A model generated the notes under the pieces. It searched no databases and was not told where the DNA came from. It was given only the letters and a program-made list of their open reading frames with translations. The translations under genes were made by a program, and so were the position numbers. From Antedon mediterranea (Eukaryota > Animalia > Echinodermata), in contig NC_092672.1 of the NCBI RefSeq assembly GCF_964355755.1, positions 18,737,237 to 18,801,236 of the forward strand: a DNA stretch of 64,000 nt, given 5' to 3'. Positions 1-11,618 of the stretch are shown here, one piece after another. Position 1 is the stretch's first letter. Every line of letters starts with the position of its first letter.

Positions 1-1364
1 AGTGTATTCTGATTGTTCCTATCTTCAATGTACGTATATCCTTGTACATCAAGATCTTCAGGAACTTGAGAAGCAAATGAATGTCTCCAGTGACCATAAT
101 GTCCAGTACTTGGTAAACGAGGTAAAGATCGATCATAAAGACCACTATTTGAAACTCGATCTCTGGTATCATAGTACACAGTAGGTTGATATATCTCTCT
201 ACCAGATGAATCAGTAGCAGTCCTTGTTTTACAAAAGCATTGATAATAAACAGGAATAATGACAACAACGACAACAATAATGACGACTAATATGATAATA
301 ATGATCACAACATACAAAGAGACACTATCCTTATTTTCTTCAGTATTCCTATTTGTATTTACTTTGTGTAATTGTATTAAGTCATTATTTTCTTCTCTAT
401 ACAATTCATTTTCTCTTACAAGTGATATTATCAAAGTAAGTGTATCTCTACTGATACCAACATTGTTTTCGGCAGAACACGTGATTATTGTTCCATTTGC
501 CGCTATTGATGGTTTTATAAGCGTCAATACTTGTCCATCTGCAATATATTTATTTGCATTTATTACAGGTAAAAATGTCCATCTGAATTGAGTAACTGGA
601 GGATTAGCAAATGATTGACAGAATAAAATAGAATCAGATCCGGCGAATAGTGTACTTGTGTGTTGTATTTTAACTTCTGGGCGATATTGTATATTCAGAT
701 TTTGAACTGTACAGTTGCGCTTTCCAGGTAAAACATCTGTTGTTTGAAAACAAGTAAATGTACCATCGTTATCTAGTTTGTTTGCTTTGAATACATAATG
801 ATTATATATAAGTGGGTCTTTATTTTCCCTCGATGTCTTCGAAAGCGAAACATCTCTTGTCTTGTAATTCCAACTTAATTGAACTGGTGGATTAATCATT
901 TCACTAATACAAGATAACTTTATTTCCGATCCAACAACGTAACTCTCTTTTGATTGAATACATTTTGGATATTCACCTGATGGAATTTGATAAACTGCGA
1001 GATAAGCTGGTTGTGATTTAACTTTATTATTTATTTTACAGTGATATTCACCTGCATCTGTTTGCTTTAGGTTGGTAATCAGCAACAAATATGAATAAAT
1101 GTGTGTGTCACCAACTTGCTCTAGGTTTACTGACAACCTCGAATCTTTCAATAAAACTTCTGCTTGATTGCTTAACTTAACATCATCTCTCCACCACGAA
1201 ACTTCATCATTTTTTGGATTAATGTTTTCAATATAACATTTTAGCGTTGCTGCTTTACCTTCTGGTTCGCCTACATCATTGGGTCTTGCAGTAAAATGTC
1301 CACATTCTACAATATGTACAACTACGACGCAAATTACGTATGTACGTATTATTATTATTTCCAT
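1..1364 (-). CDS. L1: intronless 3-Ig (V-C2-I) type I membrane receptor, left family, subfamily A; last codon and stop cut off by the window edge
   Basis: Absent from the ORF track because no stop lies in the window. Manual reading from ATG at 1364 gives MEIIIIRTYVICVVVVHIVECGHFTARPNDVGEPEGKAATLKC, colinear with L4 through to ...RNNQNT(L) at position 1. Confidence 0.9.
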   Translation of the reverse strand, partial: MEIIIIRTYVICVVVVHIVECGHFTARPNDVGEPEGKAATLKCYIENINPKNDEVSWWRDDVKLSNQAEVLLKDSRLSVNLEQVGDTHIYSYLLLITNLKQTDAGEYHCKINNKVKSQPAYLAVYQIPSGEYPKCIQSKESYVVGSEIKLSCISEMINPPVQLSWNYKTRDVSLSKTSRENKDPLIYNHYVFKANKLDNDGTFTCFQTTDVLPGKRNCTVQNLNIQYRPEVKIQHTSTLFAGSDSILFCQSFANPPVTQFRWTFLPVINANKYIADGQVLTLIKPSIAANGTIITCSAENNVGISRDTLTLIISLVRENELYREENNDLIQLHKVNTNRNTEENKDSVSLYVVIIIIILVVIIVVVVVIIPVYYQCFCKTRTATDSSGREIYQPTVYYDTRDRVSNSGLYDRSLPRLPSTGHYGHWRHSFASQVPEDLDVQGYTYIEDRNNQNT

Positions 1365-1856
1365 TTGAAGAATTCCTGATTGCGATTTTCAATATTTTAC
1401 CAGTATAATAATGAAAGTTTATGCGCTGAATACCTACAACATAATCCGAACGTTTAAGAGTCTAAATATGAGAGTAATATTAAATGAATATTAAATTCAC
1501 ATTAAATGAACATATTACCTCCAAGTTTCATCATTCGATTCCTAATGCTGTTATTGTTTATTTAACAATATTACCGATCTCTCATATTTATATCCTTCGC
1601 AAAATTAAAATGAAAAAGATCTTACTAGCATTAAAACGATACAACGCATACTGGATATTAAGTTGTGTTACTGGTATGGGCAAAATGAAGTTTTCATAAT
1701 AATACAATAATCACACTAGGCCAACCTCCAAAATTAGTTTCAGTGTTTTTGTTTTTTCAGAGTTTTGTTGTAATAATTCTTAAAACGAAAGAAAGTTGAG
1801 AAGAAGGTTTTTGTATAATTATCTTTTGCATCCAAACAGTCGATAGGAAGCTTGAT

Positions 1857-3212
1857 TTAATCTTGAAGTGTATTTTGATTGTTCTTATCTTCAATATACG
1901 TATATCCTTGTACATCAAGATCTTCAGGAACTTGAGAAGCAAATGAATGTCTCCAGTGACCATAATGTCCAGTACTTGGTAATCGAGGTAAAGATCGATC
2001 ATAAAGACCACTATTTGAAACGCGACCTCTGGTATCATAGTACACAGTAGGTTGATACATCTCTCTACCAGATGAATCAGTAGCAGTCCTTGTCTTACAG
2101 AAGCATTGATAATAAACAGGAATGATGACAACAACTACCAAAATTATGACGACTAATATGATAATAATGATCACAACATATAAAGAGACACTGTCTTTAT
2201 CTTCTTCTTTATTCGTATTTATATTTACCTTGTGTAATTGTATTACGTCATTACTTTCTTTTGTAGAATCTTTATTGGGTCTTCCATTTGATATTATTAA
2301 ATTTATTGTGTCTCTACTAGTACCAACATTATTTTCTGCAGAACACGTGATTATTGTTCCATTTGTGGTAATTGATGGTTTTATAAGCGTCAACACTTGT
2401 CCATCTGCAATGTATTCATTTGCGTTCAATACAGGCGAAAACGTCCACATAAACTGAGTAACTGGAGGATTAGCAAATGATTGACAGAATAAAATGGAAT
2501 CAGATCCAATGAATAGTGTACTTGTGTGTTGTATTTTAACTTCTGGGCGATATTGTATATTTAGATTTTGAATTGTACAGTTGCGCTTTTCAGGTAAAAC
2601 ATCTGTTGTTTGATAACAAGTAAATGTACCATCGTTATCTAGTTTGTTTGCTTCAAATACATAATGATTATAGACAAGTGTGTCTTTAATTTCCATTGAT
2701 GTCTTAGAAAGCGAAACATCTCTCCATTTTAATTGTACTGGTGGATTTAGCATTTCACTAATACAAGATAATTTTATTTCCGATCCAACAACGTAACTCT
2801 CTTTTGATTGAATACATTTTGGATATTCACTAGATGGAATTTGGTAAACTGCGAGATGAGCTGGTTGTGATTTAATTTCATTATTTATTTCACAGTGATA
2901 TTCACCGGCATCTGTTTGCTTTATATTCACAATCAACAACGAATATAAATAAATTTGTGTCTCACCAACTTTCTCGACACTTACTGACAACCTTGAATCT
3001 TTCGCTATAACTTCTGCTTGATTGCTTATTTTGAAATTTCCCTTCCACCACGAAACTTCATCATTTTCTGGATTAATTTTTTCAATATAACATTTTAGCG
3101 TTGCGACTTTACCCTCTGGTTCGCCTACATCATTTGGTCTTGCAGCAAAATGTCCACATTCTACAATATATACAGCTACACAGATTGCAAATGTACGTAT
3201 TAATATTTCCAT
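1857..3212 (-). CDS. L2: 3-Ig membrane receptor, subfamily A
   Basis: ORF 1857..3284; likely start is MEILIRTFAI (ATG 3212) by homology to L1/L4. V-domain C..W..DAGEYHC, TM VSLYVVIIIIILVV; tail ends NTLQD. Confidence 0.92.
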   Translation of the reverse strand: MEILIRTFAICVAVYIVECGHFAARPNDVGEPEGKVATLKCYIEKINPENDEVSWWKGNFKISNQAEVIAKDSRLSVSVEKVGETQIYLYSLLIVNIKQTDAGEYHCEINNEIKSQPAHLAVYQIPSSEYPKCIQSKESYVVGSEIKLSCISEMLNPPVQLKWRDVSLSKTSMEIKDTLVYNHYVFEANKLDNDGTFTCYQTTDVLPEKRNCTIQNLNIQYRPEVKIQHTSTLFIGSDSILFCQSFANPPVTQFMWTFSPVLNANEYIADGQVLTLIKPSITTNGTIITCSAENNVGTSRDTINLIISNGRPNKDSTKESNDVIQLHKVNINTNKEEDKDSVSLYVVIIIIILVVIILVVVVIIPVYYQCFCKTRTATDSSGREMYQPTVYYDTRGRVSNSGLYDRSLPRLPSTGHYGHWRHSFASQVPEDLDVQGYTYIEDKNNQNTLQD

Positions 3213-3942
3213 TTGAAAAAAATCCTGATTCTGATTTTCAATATTCCACAAGTAAAACAATGAATGTTTCTGAACTGAATACATACATTACAACACTATC
3301 TTCATGTTTAAAAGTCTATATCTGATGTACTTCATTTATAGCAAAATTAAATAAACATTAAATTCAGATTGATGAAAAGATTACCTCCAAGTTTCATATG
3401 TTCTATTTACACTGTCATTATCAATTTAATATTTATCTTATACCATATCTTGAGCAAAAATAAAATAAACAGAAACTGACAAGTATTATATATAATATAT
3501 AAAGCATGCTGGATATTAAGTTTTGTTACTGGTATCAGTAAAATGCGGTTTTTAAAATCACACTACTTCAAGAATTAGTTTCAACGTTTTGGTAATCATG
3601 TTTTGTTCTCTGAGCAAGCTTAGAAGAAATGTTATGTTTTCTATATATATCGTATCCAAATATTTAATAGGAAACTTAATTTAATCTTAAATTTTATTCT
3701 CATTATTCTTATCTTTAAGTAAAATCTTATCAGTAAAACATTCTAGTCGTGTTTGTGCCATAGTTTTCCATTTAAATTGTTGAAATGCTCTGTTAATCAC
3801 AGAAGTCAGCTGAGTTGCATCTATGATTTGTATTTATGTTTTTTTGGCTCCAAATATTCGAAAAAATTTGCGAAAAAAATCTGAGAAGAAATTTAATTGT
3901 ATTGTTTTCATTGTTCCATTCGTTAGGAAACTCCATTTATTC

Positions 3943-5307
3943 TTAAAGTGTATTCTGATTATTTCTATCTTCAATGTACGTATATCCTTGTACATCAAGA
4001 TCTTCAGGAACTTGAGAAGCAAATGAATGTCTCCAGTGACCATAATGTCCAGTACTTGGTAAACGAGGTAAAGATCGATCATAAAGACCACTATTTGAAA
4101 CTCGATCTCTGGTATCATAGTACACAGTAGGTTGATATATCTCTCTACCAGATGAATCAGTAGCAGTCCTTGTCTTACAGAAGCATTGATAATAAACAGG
4201 AATGATGACAACAACTACAACAATAATGACGACTAATATGATAATAATGATCACAACATACAAAGACACACTATCCTTATCTTCTTCATTATTCGTATTT
4301 ATATTCACCTTATGTAATTGTATTACGTCATTACTTTCTTTTGTAGAGTCTTTATTTTGTCTTCCATTTGATATTATTAAAGTTATTGAATCTCTACTGA
4401 TACCAATATTATTTTCTGCAGAACACGTGATTATTGTTCCATTTGTGGTAATTGATGGTTTTATAAGCGTCAACACTTGTCCATCTGCAATGTATTCATT
4501 TGCGTTCAATACAGGCGAAAAGGTCCACATAAACTGAGTAACTGGAGGATTAGCAAATGATTGACAGAATAAAATGGAATCAGATCCAATGAATAGTGTA
4601 CTTGTGTGTTGTATTTTAACTTCTGGACGATATTGTATATTTAGATTTCGAATTGTACAGTTACTTACTCCAGATGTAGCTTCCGATGTTTGTTTACAAG
4701 TAAAGTTGGCATCATTGTCTATTTTCTTCGCATTGAATGTATAATGCGTATAAGTCAAATAACTGTCTGTCTCAGACTGAGTATTCAATATATTAACTTT
4801 TCCATAACGACTCCATGTTAACTGCACTGGTGGTCTAAGTAATTGACTAATACAAGTTAACTTGACTTTTGAATCAACAATGAAACTGTTGGCAGACTTT
4901 TTACATTGTGGATATTCTGATGAAGGAACTTGCATTACGGTTAGACGGGCTACTCCAGAACTGACGACGGGAGTTTGATCAATCTGGCAATGATAATTTC
5001 CCTCATCCTCAAGCAATAAATCTGAAATAGTTATTGAATACAAAAGTGATCCTTTAAATGTGGGAATTTCATCAATTTCAACAGATAGACGATTGTTTTT
5101 AGTCAATATCTTATTATTCGAAGTTAAATGCAGGCCTTCTTTCCACCAGGATACAATATGAATATCATTATCAAATCCTCCTATGAAGCATTTCAAAGTT
5201 GCAACTTGTCCTTCAAGCTCATTCACATCCTTTGGTTTAGCATCAAATTTAACAGACTGAACAAGAAATATTTGGACAAAACATATCAAATATTCAAATA
5301 AATCCAT
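3943..5307 (-). CDS. L3: 3-Ig membrane receptor, subfamily B
   Basis: 454-aa ORF with signal peptide, LKC..VSWW..DEGNYHC, second and third Ig Cys pairs, TM and the shared tail. Confidence 0.93.
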   Translation of the reverse strand: MDLFEYLICFVQIFLVQSVKFDAKPKDVNELEGQVATLKCFIGGFDNDIHIVSWWKEGLHLTSNNKILTKNNRLSVEIDEIPTFKGSLLYSITISDLLLEDEGNYHCQIDQTPVVSSGVARLTVMQVPSSEYPQCKKSANSFIVDSKVKLTCISQLLRPPVQLTWSRYGKVNILNTQSETDSYLTYTHYTFNAKKIDNDANFTCKQTSEATSGVSNCTIRNLNIQYRPEVKIQHTSTLFIGSDSILFCQSFANPPVTQFMWTFSPVLNANEYIADGQVLTLIKPSITTNGTIITCSAENNIGISRDSITLIISNGRQNKDSTKESNDVIQLHKVNINTNNEEDKDSVSLYVVIIIIILVVIIVVVVVIIPVYYQCFCKTRTATDSSGREIYQPTVYYDTRDRVSNSGLYDRSLPRLPSTGHYGHWRHSFASQVPEDLDVQGYTYIEDRNNQNTL

Positions 5308-5777
5308 GTTTAATTCTTTCCAAATTACAATTATGTATCAAACTTTCATAACGTAAATGTGTGAATATAAAGATCAATGTGTTATACCTTTTTGATAACG
5401 AGAATGAAAAAGCCCTCCATGTTATAAAACAAATTTGGAACGTTAAATATTGTGTTTTGTTACAGGTTGTTGTGATTTTAATTTCCGTCTAAAAGTTTAA
5501 ATTACTACTTTATTCATATTTTTTTTTATCATGTAGGCTATATATTTTCCAACTTACGTTAAATTTTTAAATCAATTTAACTATTGATATTGACATATTC
5601 CAACACATTTTTAAACACTAAATATCATAGTGTATTATGACTGTTACTACAGTATCTTGAAATAATTAGGTTATATACTACAATTTGTACAACTTGTACA
5701 ATTATTACAAAGCAACTAATAATACAAAGAAGATTATAATTTTAATCATAATTTTACAATTCATAAATGAAAAATGA

Positions 5778-7142
5778 TCATAGTGTATTCTGATTGTTTG
5801 TATCTTCGATGTACGTATATCCTTGTACGTCAAGATCTTCAGGAACTTGAGAAGCAAATGAATGTCTCCAGTGACCATAATGTCCAGTACTTGGTAATCG
5901 AGGTAAAGATCGATCATAAAGACCACTATTAGAAACTCGATCTCTGGTATCATAGTACACAGTAGGTTGATACATCTCTCTACCAGATGAATCAGTAGCA
6001 GTCCTTGTCTTACAGAAGCATTGATAATAAACAGGAATGATGACAACAACTACAACAATAATGACGACTAATATGATAATAATGATTACAACATACAAAG
6101 AGACACTATCCTTATTTTCTTCAGTATTCCTATTTATATTCACTTTATGTAATTGTATTACGTCATTACTTTCTTCTGTAGATTCCTTGTTGTTTCTTAC
6201 ATTTGATATTATTAAAGTTATTGTATTTCTACTAATCCCAACATTATTTTCGGCAGAACACGTAATTATTGTTCCATTTGCCGCTATTGATGGTTTTATA
6301 AGAGTCAATACTTGTCCATCTGCAATGTATTTATTTGCATTTATTACAGGTAAAAATGTCCATCTGAATTGAGTAATTGGAGGATTAGCAAATGATTGAC
6401 AGAATAAAATGGAATCAGATCCAGCGAATAGTGTACTTGTGTGTTGTATTTTAACTTCTGGGCGATATTGTATATTCAGATTTTGAATTGTACAGTTGCG
6501 CTTTTCAGGTAAAACATCTGTTGTTTGGAAACATGTAAATGTACCATCGTTATCTAGTTTGTTTGCTTTGAAAACATAATGATTATAGACCAGCGAGTCT
6601 TTATTTTCCCTTGATGTCTTCGAAAGAGAAATATCTTTTGTCTTGTAATTCCAACTTAATTGAACTGGTGGATTAATCATTTCACTAATACAAGATAACT
6701 TTATTTCCGATCCAACAACGTAACTCTCTTTTGATTGAACACATTTTGGATATTCACCTGATGGAATTTGGTAAACTGCGAGACGAGCTGGTTGTGATTT
6801 AATGTCATTATTAATTTCACAGTGATATTCACCTGCATCTGTTTGCTTTATATTCACTATCAACAACGAATATGAATAAATGTGTGTCTCACCAACTTGC
6901 TCTAGGTTTACTGACAACCTAGAATCTTTCACTGTAACTTCTGCTTGATTGCTTAATTTAGCATCATCTTTCCACCACGAAACATCATCATTTTTTGGAT
7001 TAATGTTTTCAATATAGCATTTTAGCGTTGCTACTTTACCCTCTGGTTCACCTACATCATTTGGTCTTGCAGCAAAATGTCCACATTCTACAATATATAC
7101 AGCTACACAGATTGCAAATATACGTATTATTAATATATCCAT
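5778..7142 (-). CDS. L4: 3-Ig membrane receptor, subfamily A
   Basis: 454-aa ORF, same architecture, close to L1/L2. Confidence 0.93.
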   Translation of the reverse strand: MDILIIRIFAICVAVYIVECGHFAARPNDVGEPEGKVATLKCYIENINPKNDDVSWWKDDAKLSNQAEVTVKDSRLSVNLEQVGETHIYSYSLLIVNIKQTDAGEYHCEINNDIKSQPARLAVYQIPSGEYPKCVQSKESYVVGSEIKLSCISEMINPPVQLSWNYKTKDISLSKTSRENKDSLVYNHYVFKANKLDNDGTFTCFQTTDVLPEKRNCTIQNLNIQYRPEVKIQHTSTLFAGSDSILFCQSFANPPITQFRWTFLPVINANKYIADGQVLTLIKPSIAANGTIITCSAENNVGISRNTITLIISNVRNNKESTEESNDVIQLHKVNINRNTEENKDSVSLYVVIIIIILVVIIVVVVVIIPVYYQCFCKTRTATDSSGREMYQPTVYYDTRDRVSNSGLYDRSLPRLPSTGHYGHWRHSFASQVPEDLDVQGYTYIEDTNNQNTL

Positions 7143-7871
7143 TTGAAAAAATCCTGATTCTGATTTTCAATATTCCACAAGTAAAATAATGACTGTTTAT
7201 GAACTGAATACATACATTACAACACTATCTTCATGTTTAAAAGTCTATATCTGATGTACTTCATTTATAGCAAAATTAAATAAACATTAAATTCAGATTG
7301 ATGAAAAGATTACCTCCAAGTTTCATATGTTCTATTTACACTGTCATTATCAATTTAATATTTATCTTATACCATATCTTGAGCAAAAATAAAATAAACA
7401 GAAACTGACAAGTATTATATATAATATATAAAGCATGCTGGATATTAAGTTTTGTTACTGGTATCAGTAAAATGCGGTTTTTAAAATGACACTACTTCAA
7501 GAAATAGTTTCAACGTTTTGGTAATCATGTTTTGTTCTCTGAGCAAGCTTAGAAGAAATGTTATGTTTTCTATATATATCGTATCCAAATATTTAATAGG
7601 AAACTTAATTTAATCTTAAATTTTATTCTCATTATTCTTATCTTTAAGTAAAATCTTATCAGTAAAACATTCTAGTCATGTTTGTGCCATAGTTTTCCAT
7701 TTAAATTGTTGAAATGCTCTGTTAATCACAGAAGTCAGCTGAGTTGCATGTATGATTTGTATTTATGTTTTTTTGGCTCCAAATATTCCAAAAAAATTTC
7801 GAAAACAATCTGAGAAGAAATTTATTTGTATTGTTTTCATTGTTTCATTCGTTAGGAAACTCCATTTATTC

Positions 7872-9242
7872 TTAAAGTGTATTTTGATTATTTCTATCTT
7901 CAATGTACGTATATCCTTGTACGTCAAGATCTTCAGGAACTTGAGAAGCAAATGAATGTCTCCAGTGACCATAATGTCCAGTACTTGGTAATCGAGGTAA
8001 AGATCGATCATAACGACCACTATTTGAAACTCGATCTCTGGTATCATAGTACACAGTAGGTTGATATAACTCTCTACCAGATGAATCAGTAGCAGTCCTT
8101 GTCTTACAGAAGCATTGATAATAAACAGGAATGATGACAACAACTACAACAATAATGACGACTAATATGATAATAATGATCACAACATACAAAGAGACAC
8201 TATCCTTATTTTCTTCATTATTCTTATTTGTGTTCACTTTATGCAATTGCATTACATCATTACTTCCTTCTGTAGAGTCTTCATTTTTTCTTACATTTGA
8301 TATTATTAAAGTTATTGAATCTCTACTGATACCAACATTATTTTCTGCAGAACAAGTGATTATTGTTCCATTTTTCGTAATTGATGGTTTTGTAAGTGTC
8401 AACACTTGTCCATCTGCAATGTACTCATTTGCATGTAATACAGGTGAAAATGCCCACCTGAACTGAGTAACTGGAGGATTAGCGAATGATTGACAGAATA
8501 AAATGGAATCAGATCCAGCGAATAGTGTACTTGTGTGTTGTATTTTAACTTCTGGGCGATATTGTATATTCAGATTTTGAATTGTACAGTTACGTTTTTC
8601 AGGTAAAACATCTGTTGTTTGGAAACATGTAAATGTACCATCGTTATCTAGTTTGTTTGCTTCAAATACATAATGATTATAGACAAGCGAGTCTTTAATT
8701 TCCGCTGATGTCTTCGAAAGAGAAACATCTCTTGTCTTGTAACTCCAAATTAATTGAACTGGTGGATTAATCATTTCACTAATACAAGATAACTTTATTG
8801 CTGATCCAACAACGTAACTCTCTTTTGATTGAATACATTTTGGATATTCACTAGAAGGAATTTGATAAACTGCGAGATGAGCTGGTTGTGATGATATCAT
8901 TTTTATTCCATTATTGATTTCACAGTGGTATTCACCTTCATCTGTTTGCTTCAGATTGGCAATCAACAACATATATGAATAAATGTGTGTGTCAACTACC
9001 TTCTCTAAATTTACGGAAAATCTAGAATCTGTCACTTTAACTTCTGCTTGACTACTTATTTTAACATTATTTTTCCACCATGAAACTGTATAACTATCAT
9101 CTCTAAGGTCATCAATGTAGCATTTAAGAGTTACAGCTTTACCTTCTATTTCCCCAACGTCCTTTGGTCTTTCGGCAAATTCTACACTTTCTACGATATA
9201 TACAATTATGGCAATTACTGAAACACATTTCAATACTTCCAT
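7872..9242 (-). CDS. L5: 3-Ig membrane receptor, subfamily A'
   Basis: 456-aa ORF, EFAERPKDVGEIEGK V domain, shared TM and tail. Confidence 0.93.
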   Translation of the reverse strand: MEVLKCVSVIAIIVYIVESVEFAERPKDVGEIEGKAVTLKCYIDDLRDDSYTVSWWKNNVKISSQAEVKVTDSRFSVNLEKVVDTHIYSYMLLIANLKQTDEGEYHCEINNGIKMISSQPAHLAVYQIPSSEYPKCIQSKESYVVGSAIKLSCISEMINPPVQLIWSYKTRDVSLSKTSAEIKDSLVYNHYVFEANKLDNDGTFTCFQTTDVLPEKRNCTIQNLNIQYRPEVKIQHTSTLFAGSDSILFCQSFANPPVTQFRWAFSPVLHANEYIADGQVLTLTKPSITKNGTIITCSAENNVGISRDSITLIISNVRKNEDSTEGSNDVMQLHKVNTNKNNEENKDSVSLYVVIIIIILVVIIVVVVVIIPVYYQCFCKTRTATDSSGRELYQPTVYYDTRDRVSNSGRYDRSLPRLPSTGHYGHWRHSFASQVPEDLDVQGYTYIEDRNNQNTL

Positions 9243-9817
9243 TTTTGATAGCGGTGTTTTAAATAAATCGTCAGTAACAACATTTGATAATGCTAAATGT
9301 TTCTGAATTGATTGCTAATTGGCGTTGTTGTCCTCACTTTTAAATATCACAAAACTATATCTCTTTGATGTATTTCACTATTAGCAATACGATTAAAGTA
9401 AACATGTGAACATTGGCTTACATTTTTCGAAAAAAATACGGCAAAAAGTCCTTCCTATTAAATGACATTGCTAATTTATCAGTTACCAACAAGACGATCT
9501 CTGACATTCTTTTCAAAAAGCAAAATGAATATAATCGAGAAAATGACTCGTATTATAAATCGTGTAACGCATATTCAATTTGAAGTTGTGTTACAGGTAT
9601 CAGTAAAATAATCTATTCATGTTTGTGCAATAGTTTTCGAATTGAATTGTTGAAATGCTCTGTTAATCACAGACGTCAGCTGAGTAGCATCTATGATTTG
9701 TATTTATATTTTTTTGGATCCAAATATTCGAAAAACATTACGAAAACAAGCTGAGAAGAAATTTATTTGTATTGTTTTCATTATTTGCATCCATTCGTTA
9801 GGAAACTCCATTTAATC

Positions 9818-11179
9818 TTAAAGTGTATTTTGATTATTTCTATCTTCAATGTAAGTATATCCTTGTACGTCAAGATCTTCAGGAACTTGAGAAGCAAATG
9901 AATGTCTCCAGTGACCATAATGTCCAGTACTTGGTAATCGAGGTAAAGATCGATCATAAAGACCACTATTTGAAACTCGATCTCTGGTATCATAGTACAC
10001 AGTAGGTTGATATATCTCTCTACCAGATGAATCAGTAGCAGTCCTTGTCTTACAGAAGCATTGATAATAAACAGGAATGATGACAACAACTACAACAATA
10101 ATGACGACTAATATGATAATAATGATCACAACATACAAAGAGACACTATCCTTATTTTCTTCATTATTCTTATTTGTGTTCACTTTATGTAATTGCATTA
10201 CATCATTACTTCCTTCTGTAGAGTCTTCATTTTTTCTTACATTTGATATTATTAAAGTTATAGAATTTCTACTGATATCAACATTATTTTCTGCAGAACA
10301 CGTGATTATTGTTCCATTTGTGGTAATTGATGGTTTTATAAGCGTCAATACTTGTCCATCTGTAATGTATTCATTTGCATTCAATACAGGCGAAAACATC
10401 CACATAAACTTAGTAACTGGAGGATTAGCAAATGATTGACAGAATAAAATGGAATCAGATCCAATGAATAGTGTACTTGTGTGTTGTATTTTAACTTCTG
10501 GACGATACTGTATATTTAGATTTCGAATTGTACAGTTAGTTACTCCAGATGTAGCTTCCGATGTTTGTTTACAAGTAAAGCTTGCATCATTGTCTATTTT
10601 CTTAGCATTAAATGTATAATGCGTATACGTCAAATAACGGTCTGTCTCAGACTGAGTATTCAATATATTAACTTTTCCATAACGACTCCATGTTAACTGC
10701 ACTGGTGGTCTAAGTAATTGACTAATACAAGTTAACTTGACTTTTGAATCAACAATGAAACTGTTAGCAGACTTTTTACATTGTGGATATCCTGATGAAG
10801 GAACTTGCATTACGGTTAGACGGGCTACTCCAGAACTGACGACGGGAGTTTGATCAATTTGGCAATGATAATTTCCCTCATCCTCAAGCAATAAATCTGA
10901 AATAGTTATTGAATACGTATATGCCTCTTCATAAGGGAGCTCTTCAATATCAACAGAAATATGTTGGTTATTAGATATTACCTTATTGTTTGCACTTAAT
11001 TGAAAATCCTCTTTCCACCATGATACAACATGAACACTTTCATCAAAACCTCTAAAATGACACTTCAATGTTGCAACTTGGCCTTCTAGCTCTTTCACAT
11101 CTTTTGGTTTAGCATCAAATTGAACAGACTGAACAAAAAATATGTGGATACAAAATATCAAATATTCAAATAAATCCAT
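9818..11179 (-). CDS. L6: 3-Ig membrane receptor, subfamily B
   Basis: 453-aa ORF, paralog of L3 (MDLFEYL). Confidence 0.93.
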   Translation of the reverse strand: MDLFEYLIFCIHIFFVQSVQFDAKPKDVKELEGQVATLKCHFRGFDESVHVVSWWKEDFQLSANNKVISNNQHISVDIEELPYEEAYTYSITISDLLLEDEGNYHCQIDQTPVVSSGVARLTVMQVPSSGYPQCKKSANSFIVDSKVKLTCISQLLRPPVQLTWSRYGKVNILNTQSETDRYLTYTHYTFNAKKIDNDASFTCKQTSEATSGVTNCTIRNLNIQYRPEVKIQHTSTLFIGSDSILFCQSFANPPVTKFMWMFSPVLNANEYITDGQVLTLIKPSITTNGTIITCSAENNVDISRNSITLIISNVRKNEDSTEGSNDVMQLHKVNTNKNNEENKDSVSLYVVIIIIILVVIIVVVVVIIPVYYQCFCKTRTATDSSGREIYQPTVYYDTRDRVSNSGLYDRSLPRLPSTGHYGHWRHSFASQVPEDLDVQGYTYIEDRNNQNTL

Positions 11180-11618
11180 GTTTTTTTTCCAAATTACAAT
11201 TATCTGTCAAACTTTCATAACGTCGATGTGTAATTATAAAGATCAGTGTGTTATAACATTTTGATAACAAGAATAAAAAAGTCCTCTATGTTAAAAAAAC
11301 AAATTTGGAACGTTGAATATTGTGTTTTGTTACAGGCTTTTGTGATTTTTATCTCCGTCTAACTGTTTAAATAAGCAATGTAGTCCTTTTAATTTGATCA
11401 TGTAGGCAATACCTTTTCCAACTTACGTTACATTTTTAAATCAATTTAATTGTTGATATTGAAATTTCCGAACACATACAATATCATAGTGTATTCTGAC
11501 TGTTCCCATCTTGAAATGAATTAGGTTATGTATACTGCAATTTGTACAATTATTACGAAGCTAATAAATACAAAGAAGGTTAATATCATAATTGTACAAT
11601 ACCTAAAGCAAAAGATGA

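Noticed and set aside
259-591. Recurrent plus-strand ORFs (MTTTTTIMTTNMII..., MYSDCSYLQ...) and their copies
   Set aside because: Antisense shadows of the homogenised TM/tail region; they recur because the DNA is repeated, not because of independent coding.
1757-2134. Recurrent alternative-frame ORFs MLSSFLFIINASVRQG...
   Set aside because: Out-of-frame overlaps with the constant tail, mostly non-ATG starts and variable ends; no independent support.
3943-5307. Assigning a gene symbol (nectin, CADM, KIRREL, Alr)
   Set aside because: Only the domain layout is similar; the tails lack nectin/CADM terminal motifs, and orthology cannot be established without searches.
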